Assembly (NCBI RefSeq): GCF_030028105.1
Contig: NC_092395.1
Location: forward strand, 42,870,459-42,934,458
From: Mobula birostris
Lineage: Eukaryota
Length of the DNA stretch: 64,000 nucleotides
Direction: 5' to 3'
The notes beneath the pieces were generated by a model. It had not been told where the DNA came from. It did not search any database and was given only the letters and a program-made list of their open reading frames with translations. Positions 37,627-46,850 of this stretch are shown piece by piece (position 1 is the stretch's first letter; the number at the start of each line of letters is the position of its first letter). The position numbers were made by a program, and so were the translations under genes.

Positions 37627-37673
37627 AGCCCAGACACACTGCCAGAGACCAGAAAAAAACATAGCGTCCGCAT
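37627..37673 (-). CDS. IgL: IgL leader exon (47 nt; one T longer than needed for frame)
   Basis: ATG CGG ACG CTA TGT...GGCT|GTGAGT; removing one base from the 7-A run (37653-37659) gives MRTLCFFWSLAVCLG in phase 1, matching the V acceptor; 99-nt intron. Confidence 0.8.
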
Positions 37674-37753
37674 CGTTGCTGCCCGTCAGCTTCCTGCCTC
37701 CCTTCTGCCGGTGGATCTGTGACTGACTGGCCGCCGCTGCCAATGCAGCCCAG

Positions 37754-37818
37754 TTATAGAGCCAATCACACGGGGGAGGGAATCCATGCAAATCAGAGTG
37801 ACTCACACTGACCAATCA
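37754..37818 (-). promoter_or_regulatory. IgL V promoter: TATA, octamer ATTTGCAT, AP-1 and CCAAT boxes
   Basis: TATAA 37754-37758; octamer 37786-37793 in light-chain orientation; TGACTCA near 37799-37805; CCAAT near 37762 and 37812. Confidence 0.85.
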
Positions 37819-38019
37819 GAGCAGGGATCGGAAACCTTCCCATATGCTGTCACATACCATTGGGTTGAGGCGGCGACATTGTTAGCAACTGACTGATCCG
37901 TTAAAAACAAATTACGAATGAAAAAGTCATTCGTGTCTGACATTTCCCAAACTCTGCCTTTATTTCGCTGATTCCTCCCTTTGGTCCACAGATGCCCCTC
38001 ACACCTCCAGTGACAACAG

Positions 38020-38167
38020 GGCAGGGCACTGCAGGTTCTTGAATGGTCTCGAACCGAAACGTCGACTGTACTGTTTTCCATAGATGCTGCCAGGCCTGTT
38101 GAGTTCCTCCAGCATTTCGTGTGTGTTGCTTGGATTTCCAGCATCTGCAGATCTTTTCTTGTTTGTG
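38020..38167 (+). mobile_element. Penelope terminal-repeat fragment
   Basis: CCGAAACGTCGACTG...GAGTTCCTCCAGCATTTCGTGTGTGTT...ATCTGCAGA, same family as 871 and 22087. Confidence 0.8.
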
Positions 38168-38769
38168 ATAGAGCAGTGCAGACTTCCTGTTCCCACATCA
38201 GTCATTCAGTCATGGAGTTCAAACCCACTTTGGCAGTTTGAGGGTTTGAACTCGTTCGAAATGTGGGGACCAAACAATGGGGCTGGAGGAGCAGACTGGC
38301 TCCATCTATTCCTTCGAATCGAACATAACTCCTCGAATTGACAGCTTACAGTTCTTAGCTCTGAAGGACCTTTTCATCTGAAGTCAAATCGAATGGAATC
38401 AAATTTAATTATGATTCCAACGATACTCGGATACACGAAAAAAAAAGAGAAAAACACATGTTTAGTCCAGGTCCCTGAGCGACGCACACTTTGATGATAC
38501 AGCTCCCGGCAATACAGCCTGTCATTCCACAGATCGAACACTGGAGGGCAGCATTGACCGAAGAGGTCAAATCCTAACTGAGCACGGACTCCATGTTACA
38601 CCGTCTGCAGCGCCGTCTCATCCGGCAAGCTCGATGGAGCCCTAGTCCGTGCCTACAACCGAGGCCACGCTGCATCCTCGTCGTCCGTTATAGACCAAGC
38701 AAGTGAAACCAGACTGTTGCATCTCACATTATCGATGTCCAACTGGGTCTTGCGATCGCAAGAGAAAGC

Positions 38770-41544
38770 TTGGATTTCCCGTCCACTCGACCTTTCCATG
38801 CAAGCACAAACAGCACTGATCAAACTTCCAGCTGTACCAGGATTGCTGGTTCTCTCTTTACCTCCCCTCTGTTACCCATCCCGCAACTCTCCCAACTGGT
38901 TTCCTTCCCGCCTTTTATCTCCTGGGCGTTTTATTCTCTCATCTTCCCTTCGCTATCTGCTATTTTCCTGTCACTCCCTCTCTCTATCCATCCCATCTCC
39001 TTCCCTCTGTCTATATCTCTCTTTCTCTGACACACACACTCTTCCTCCCTCTGCCACCACTCTCATGCTCCTCAGAATGAACAGCAGCAGGGAAGCAGCC
39101 ATTATTTGAAATCCCGGACTGAATCGCCCAGTGGTGACTACACCCTCCATCGAAGTAACGGCAAGGGGGTCAGGGGGAGGTCCGCGGTGGAGAGCTCTGA
39201 GCGAGTTGCTGGGGAGGGAGAGGAAGGATCAAAGTCGGAACAGGGTTCGGGAAATGAATACAGTGGCGCTGCAAATGGGGAGAGGATAAGAGTTCAGCCT
39301 CGGAAGCTTTGGCGGAGTGGTCATTTCTGGGAAAACTTCATTAGACCAGAACGTAATTACAATTTATTCCTCTCTCCACCAATGCTGCTCCAGAAAGTGA
39401 ATATTTCCAGCCACGTTCATGTTCGTTTCCTTTACTAACCTTCCCAACATCAACCGCTTTGTTCTCATTTTACATCGTAGCCTAACAATCAACCCACAAC
39501 CCTGACCTGATTCTTTCCAGTATCTCCGCAATGGAACTTCCCGTCATTCGTTGCTGATATTCGGTGTCCAAGGCTGCCGGAGAGATTTCCTGAACTTCAC
39601 GAACCAGAGAGAGACGAGTCTCATCTCTCTTCCCTCCTCCCACTCGGTATCAGAATAGGAAAAACACCAAAGAAGACGAAAGGCGCGCACGGAAATCATT
39701 CCTGCTCTGATCATCTTTATTGGTAGTTAGTCACCATTACCGTATGTCAGTCTGATACTGATAATGTATCACAAAACGTTTATTAATTATTCTAATTAAA
39801 CCAAACCCAATTTCAGAGAAAACCATTCACAGCCTGAAATTTCAAGAAGCCAAGTAACTGTCCGCGTTACCACCGTGTAGCCTCTCAGTAGGAAAAAGAA
39901 CAAAATCTGCCTCCAATCAGAGTACAAATATTCCAACACCACAGTAGAAACTACAGAGAGCGGAACAGAAGGGAAGTACAGGGAAGAGCGAGTAAGAGTG
40001 GTAGAGGTGGAAGATACAAGGCCATGATCTCCCGTTAATCGGGAACAAACAAGGCCGAAGCCGCGCTCTGTTTAACAGCTGGATTGTGTGACTGTTGCGG
40101 ATATTGTCGAGGCTGCTCCTTGTTGAACTGAGCAGGAGTACCTCTTCCCACTGCTCTAGTCTGCGCCAGGCACCGTCAGGTAGCTGCTGAGACTGAAGGT
40201 TTTGTCCGCGTTCTGAGTCACCCCGCCGGTTTGCACCTCACTGCTCGTCGGACTGTCGTTCACTGTCCAGCTGACCACAGGGAAGCCCATCGACAATTTA
40301 CTGACCAGGCAAACTAAGGTGCCCGACCCTCTACCGGAGATCTCCTCGGCTGACGGCCCAAGCAGTTTCACTGAAGGGTCCGGGAGCTGCTGAGCTGGAA
40401 CATAAACGAGAGAAAACGTGTTTGAAGTCGCGCCATAACTCTCGTCATTTGACAGTTTGACAGAATCGCGAGTAAAAGGTTTCAGCTTCATTGTGAGGGG
40501 CCCGGAGTTTCACTGAGAGACCGTGCAGTGCCCATGGAGGACAGTGCATATTGGTCAACCCGGAAAAGCTAGAAATCTACTCCAACCGGTGAGGTTGTTT
40601 GGCGCGGAGTCAGTCATTCTCTGAATTGAGAGACATACTGGCATCAAAGCGCCCCCACCCCCAGAGTAGTTTAAAGTGTCCACTCTCTGGGCCACCAGTG
40701 ATACGTTCCTGCTCTTCCCTCCGCCCCACTCAGCCATCACTAATGATCCCGCTGCTGTTGGGAGGTTAAACATCTCACAATCTGCTCTGCCCCAGTGGGC
40801 GAGGGCTCCGATTGCGCGGTCCTGAGCTCCATGGAGCGGGGCGGGGTAGGTCGCTCTCTGATCTGTGATCTGGGGTGATTCGGCACCCACTCTCCGTGAG
40901 GGACGGGAGGTTGGATTATCCTCAGAATCGGAGCTCGGGCCACAGTCGGTGTAATGACCGGGTTCGCCGAACAGTGGTTCCCGGGAAGGAGTATCGCTAA
41001 AGGTTATAGATGGCAGGAGAGAGGAGGCAAGGACTGGGCGGTGGGAGAGGGTCTGTATCCGATGGTGAAGGACGAGATTTCCACCCTCACTGGAAGTCCA
41101 GTGAAAGTCCGAGGGTTGTTTCATTGGAGAGTCCTAAACAGTAACTTGAAACTTGTCATTCTGCAGTCTTGACAACCACAGTGGAATGTCCTGACCCCAC
41201 TGAGACCTCACATCCCACTACGTCCCTTCACTGGATCCCGTCACGTTCCTTCCTGTGAAACCACCTTAAAAACTGACAAACTAACACGAGAGCAGAAATA
41301 ACACCAATGAACAGAACGTGTTAAATCATGGTTCGTCCGAAAACACAACCGAAAAGAGAAATGCTTTATTAAAAGACGGAAACATTTCACCAAACACAAC
41401 TCTGTCGAGTAAAACTGATGCTGGACACGAACACGATTAGTTTGTAAATCAACATTTCCACTGTATAATTAGCTAAAAAATTATAAAGTATAACTTATGA
41501 ATTGCTGGGTGACCGTATTTATCCCGTGGTTATTGCAGAGAGAT
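38770..41544 (-). repeat. Segmental duplicate of 34125-37154 (3' flank, C exon, J-C intron)
   Basis: Collinear homology along its length; ends 17 nt short of the J donor position. Confidence 0.9.
40072..40394 (-). pseudogene. IgL: Orphan sigma-like IgL constant exon (C2) with premature stop
   Basis: 323-nt exon with 12 substitutions versus C1 by manual count, including TGG to TAG (W to stop) after VPGAD; no V or J found upstream in the window. Confidence 0.92.
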
Positions 41545-41568
41545 GGAAAACATTTTGGAGTCTCGTAT

Positions 41569-44426
41569 TGTTAACAACTAATAATATTTATTAGTAACTA
41601 CGCAATACAGTATTATCAAAGTAAATAATTCACACAGGTTAGCAATGATTATATATAAAAGTAAGTGTGGAATATATATGTATGAAAAAAAAACAAGCTT
41701 CTTTAAGTTTGGGGTAAAAAGATACAGTCTTATGATGTTGAGTAAAGTTCAGTTCAGTTCAGTTCGTGGTATTTAGTTGAGTAGTGATGGAGAGGGAGAG
41801 AGAGAGAGAGTGAGTTGAGTCTTCAGGTGAGCTGATGCTGTCGATCTTCTCGTCGTCCTCCGAAATCCTTTACAAGTCACCGACTGTGACTTTAACCAGG
41901 GGGACCGATTTTCCTGTGGTGGAGCTATCACCCCGGCAAGGGTGGACACATAAACAACTCCCCACCTGTCAACCCCTTCTTCACCACTGGAATACAATTT
42001 TGGATCAATCCGCCAGATTGATCCTCCAAAACCCACTTTCTCTGCGGGCACAACAATGTTCATTCAGTGTCCAGATCGTGTGTCTGAGGTCTGTATCACC
42101 TGACCTCCCATTTATTTCACCAGGCTGAGCATCACCTGTCAATCAAAGAGCCCCTCCCTCCTCTGTCTGCAAAGAAATGCACAAGCAGGCAACAAGTCCT
42201 TGAAAGTAACATCAACAATCTGCTTTTGGTCACCATAGCAACCTTCGAGCTGCTCGGTGCTGTCTCCAACTCCAAATTCAGTGGAAGTCCAAAGTTACTT
42301 CCAATGCCTTAAAGTGACAGTACAACCGTCAATCTTCATCTCTCTCTCTCTGTTTTCCAAAAGCAACATATCGGTGGTAAATAACTCTGTCTCTCTCTCT
42401 CTCTGCTTTCCAAACAAACCATCAATGATGAATGTCTCTCTCTATCTCTCTTCAAACAGTTAATAGGGCACTCCTGAATCCCCTCACACTCCCCTTCCTC
42501 AGGGAAAAAAAATTGTCGAAGACGATTTTTTAAAAAAAATGTCCATCACAGGGTTTTAAACAATACAGTGGAAAAAACATCAGATGACAAAGCAAAAAAA
42601 AAGTGTACAATTTCCAACTTAACATCTGGATAACTAATCAGCTATAACATTGTCAGTACCTTTTACATGTTTGATTTTAAAGTCACCTTCCTGCAATATC
42701 GGACTCTAATTTAACACCCTTCTATTCTTATCCTTCATCTTATTTAAAAACACCAGCGGATCATAACCTATGTAAACCACAAGTGGTCTCTGAGCAACAG
42801 AAAGGTTTTGAGGTCTCTGATCATAGGCCTCAAAATGTTGTAAAGCCAGAATAAGTGCTAGTAATTCCTTTTCAACAGTTGAATAATTTTTCTGGTGTAC
42901 ATTAAATTTCTTTGAGAAATAAGCTACTGTGTGTTCAATGTCATCTACTCCCTTCTGTAACAGTACTGCCCCAGCAGCTTCGTCACTAACACCTATTGTT
43001 TAGAAAATGGCTTAGAAAAACCTGGTGCTTTGAGCACAGGATGATAACACAGGATGGTTTCCAGACGTTCAACTGCCTCCTGGCAAAGGTCACTCCATTC
43101 AAATCTTTTACTCTTCCCTAGGAGTTTTGTTAGGGGGAGAGTGATGTCAGCAAAATTCTTACAGAATTTTCTATAATACCCAACCATCTCTAAAAACCTT
43201 CTCAAAGCTTTCTTGCTAGTTGGAACAGGAACCTCAGCAATAGCTTGAACCCTGGCCTCTACAGAAGCCAGCTGGCCTTGGCCCACCACATAACCCAGAT
43301 ATGTGACTGGCATAGCCAAATTCACTTTTAGCAAGGTTTACTGTAAGATTGGCCTTGGAAAGTCTGTCAAACCGTTTTTCTACAACTGCAATATGCTCTT
43401 CCCACGTGTCATTCCAGACCACTAAGTCATTGATATAAACCCCTGTGCTTTCTAACCCTCCAATCACAGAATTGATCATTCTTTGCAATGTTTCTAGAAG
43501 ATTTTTCATCCCGAACTGTAAAACATTGTATTCATACAGTCTAGACAGTGTCACAAATGTTGATATCTCTTTAGCCCTCTCTGTTAAAGGAACACCCTGG
43601 TATCCTTTTAACAAGTCAATCTTAATAAGGTATTTAGCCTTCCCCACTCTATCAATACAGTCATCCATTCTCTTTCTTTGTTCTTTCTTGTTTCTAATTT
43701 CTTGTTCAACCGTTTTACTTTTCTCAAAGTTCACTCTGTGAAGATACCATTTCGTAGGCTGGGCTAAATTCATAATGATGTCATGCACTGCACCTGTGCA
43801 CCATTTCAAAACACCAATTAGTCCTTTTACTTGTTTTTTCGGCTTTGGATCCAACTGGTGGACCTTATCAGTAATATTTTTCAAAACAATGGAATTCTGA
43901 CATTTTGGTGAGTCTAGATTCAGTGAGTAAACATGCCTTTCCCTTCCATTATCAGATTTCACGACTCCATTTTGTATTTCAACAATTCTCCCAGCTGCAA
44001 TTCCAGTAAACAAGTCTCTTATTTTGACTCGACCATTTTGCAAACTTTCCTGAGCAAAGTCACAAAGCTTACGAAATCCCTTCCAGAATTTTAAAACATA
44101 CTTAAACACACTGACACATTCTCCTAAATCAGACCATAGTTCTCTGAGTAGGGTCAAAGGTCCTTTTGGCCTGTAGCTGAATACAGGTTTCAACAAACTA
44201 CCCTCCAATGCCTTCTGAATCGAATCTCCAACAATAAATAAAAGGAGGGGAAACCCTTGTTCCCATTTTCCTCATTTCTCACACAATGATGTCCACCTAA
44301 AGGCATACCGTAAGCCAAAAGCAACATATCGGTAGTAAATAACTCTCTCTCTCCTTTCCAAACAAACCATCAATGATAAATGTCTCTCTCCAAACAGTTA
44401 ATAGGGCACACCTGGATCCCCTCACA
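41569..44426 (-). mobile_element. Internally deleted Gmr1-type Gypsy retrotransposon
   Basis: 3' LTR 41569-42487 with PPT GAGGAAGGGGAG; partial 5' LTR 44318-44426; IN-like segment (GPLTLLRELW) precedes RT (KIDLLKGY, YINDLVV) and RH (AVLLQ..VAYFSKK..YSTVEKELLA), with nothing after RH. Confidence 0.8.
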
Positions 44427-44437
44427 GGCCCAATTAC

Positions 44438-44530
44438 GGGGAGGGGGAGAGAGGGGGAGGGGGAGAGAGGGGGAGGGGGAGAGAGGGGGAGGGGGAGGGG
44501 GAGGGGGAGGGGGAGAGAGGGGGAGGGGAC
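44438..44530 (+). repeat. G-rich (GGGGGA/GAGA) simple repeat
   Basis: Pure G/A tract with many runs of 4-5 G. Confidence 0.9.
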
Positions 44531-44959
44531 GACTGAAGCAGATGAACAGTTCTTTGACTTTAATGGAAACTGTGGCGAAACAAAAAAAAAACGCTTGGCC
44601 AGAGGGCCATTAACTGGAACTGTCTAACTACAGTTCATGTCGATACAGCGGCTTGGCCGCAGTAACTTAATACTAATTAAATACCGCTTCTGAGCAGCGT
44701 CAGGCTACTCGGTTATCTTCTTCCCCGGAACCTGAACATCGGTAAGTAGGGAACATTGGTGTTGCTCTGCTGTTGGTCAAGTCTCGGAAGACTGGAACGA
44801 GAGGAAGGGCGGAAAACACCACAACGAAACACGATTTAGCTGGAACCTGCAATTTCACGAACATGATTGCCGAACCTGGTCCGGAGCCCGCCTGCGAGAA
44901 CGCGCAGACCCCGCCCCGCGGCAGAGTCCGTGGTTGTGACACTATGCGACAGAGAGGCC

Positions 44960-45180
44960 ACAAGCACAACCTCCCAGAACTTGCCGTCGTCCATCACGGA
45001 TGTGTTAGACAGCAGCAAGCGGGAGAGTCAGGACCATACAATGACGCTGGAGGAGCTGACTGACTCCATCCACTCCTTCATATCGAACAAAACTCCCATA
45101 ATTTGTGGCTTACAGTACTCAGCTCTGAAGGACCTTTTCAAGTCAAGTCAAATCGAATAGAATCAAGTTTAATTAACAGT
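44960..45180 (+). mobile_element. Tx1-like LINE fragment, duplicated at ~38230-38410
   Basis: ITDVLDSSKRESQDHTMTLEELTDSIHSFISNKTP precedes the usual KTPG.DG motif; CTCTGAAGGACCTTTTCA block is shared with 38359. Confidence 0.6.
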
Positions 45181-45639
45181 CAAACAATTCGCGGAGACAG
45201 TCCAACAAAACAGCGTTCTTCTGGGGCCAAGGGGAATAATATACACCCGGAACTCTACAGCCTAACTGCTAGAAGATTTTACTTTCAAACTTTCCACGTT
45301 TACAGTAGGAAGTCAAATACTGCAGCAGCCGTAAAACTGAAGTTACAGTAGAGACACTCAACAATTCTGATGGTATCCATTGGAGAGCGAATCAGGGTTT
45401 AAATATCTGACTTCCATCAAAGACAGTGATATCTTGTTTTATATTTCATTGGTCAGTTGGAATTGTAACTACCATATCAGACTGGTCATTTGAAATGATA
45501 TAGTTATGGTGGACATATCTACGCAATGGGAACTGATTTCTAAACAGATGAGTGAATTCACAATATTTTGCTGTAAAAGCGGTTTTTGTGTGGGTCTTTT
45601 GAAGGATTGCTTTTTTTTCAGTCATTGTTCATTGATAAA

Positions 45640-46352
45640 TCTGGAATTGTAGAAGAGGTTCACGAGGGTGATCACTGGAATGAAAAGGTTAAGAGATGAT
45701 CACCGTTTGATGGCTCTGGACCTGTACTCACTGGAGTTCAGAAGAATGAAGAGAGAACCTAATTGAATATCGAAAGCCGAATTAGACTGGATGTGGAGAG
45801 GATGTTTCTAATATTTGGAGAATATAGGAGGAGGTAGCAGAGTCTCAGAATACGAGGATGTCCCTTTAGAACAGACTTGAAAAGGAAGTTCTTTAGCCAG
45901 AGGGTGATGAATCTGTTGAAGTTTGTGGAGGCCATCTCAATGATTATATTTAAAACCGAGATTGATATGTTCTTGATTTGTAAGAGTGTCAAAGTGTACG
46001 GGGAGAAAGCAGGTGAATGGGGTTCAGAAGGATAATGAATTAATCATGAATCAATGGGGTTGAATAGGATATTAACTCAAATATGGCAGAGCAGACTCGA
46101 TGGGTCAAATGGCCTAATTGTACTCCTATGTCTTATGGTCTTATGGAGCTCTTACAGAGGAAAGATGATTCCTGATGAAGCAGCAGAACATGCTTGAGTT
46201 GAGTGTATTCCATGAGGAACTGCTGTAGTGATATCATGGGACTGGAGCGTTTGAAGTACAACAACCACAACATCTTCCTTCAGGTGAGATATGATTCCAG
46301 TCACGAGTGTGCTTTACTCATGATACCCCATTGACTTCAGTGTAACCAGTAC
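45640..46352 (+). repeat. Segmental duplicate of 31720-33562 (CR1 3' end plus unique flank), lacking the solo LTR
   Basis: Collinear match across the CR1 tail and the GATTCCTGATGAAGCAGC...CAGGTGAGAT block. Confidence 0.85.
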
Positions 46353-46850
46353 TGTCACAACCATGGATTCAGCAGCAAGATAGATACGGCAATTGTGTTT
46401 GTGAATTTGCACGTGTCAGCTAATTATTTAATCGTGATAGTATTTAACTACATTCTTGTCGACGTAGTGCTTGTCAAGACTTGGACAGAGAATAGCAACG
46501 CTTCGCTGTCTGTTTTGCTTTCAGCCTTTCCCCGAGAAATTGGACTTTTGAGTCAACTGACTTCGAAGACTAGCCGTATTCGTTCAATGTTTAGATTTTC
46601 TTTTCATCCGCAGTTTAGTCTTCATTAACGGCCCTATGTGGCCTAGCGTTTATTGATATTTTCCCTTACACACTGTTTGCAATAAAGTTTGTGAACTATC
46701 GACCTGCTTCAATGGCTCTCACTCCGCAATTGGGCCATATCTGAACCTGGTAACAGCAATTCTCGACGTGCATAAAGATGGACCCAATAGAGAGAGAGCA
46801 GCTGACCTTGACCATGAGACTCAAGGAGGAGATAAACTACAGGCAATGGA

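Noticed and set aside
35565-37673. Processed (retrotransposed) origin of the joined V-J gene
   Set aside because: Leader intron, J-C intron and upstream promoter are all present.
37588-37815. Alternative leader MFFSGLWQCVWA from the second ATG
   Set aside because: Ends in phase 0, whereas the V acceptor needs phase 1.
40555-41124. 189-aa ORF in the cluster 2 intron (and ORFs at 36219-36715)
   Set aside because: Reading frames are not preserved between the two paralogous introns.
45581-45589. Perfect RSS nonamer GGTTTTTGT
   Set aside because: No heptamer at 12 or 23 nt spacing and no adjacent J- or V-like sequence.
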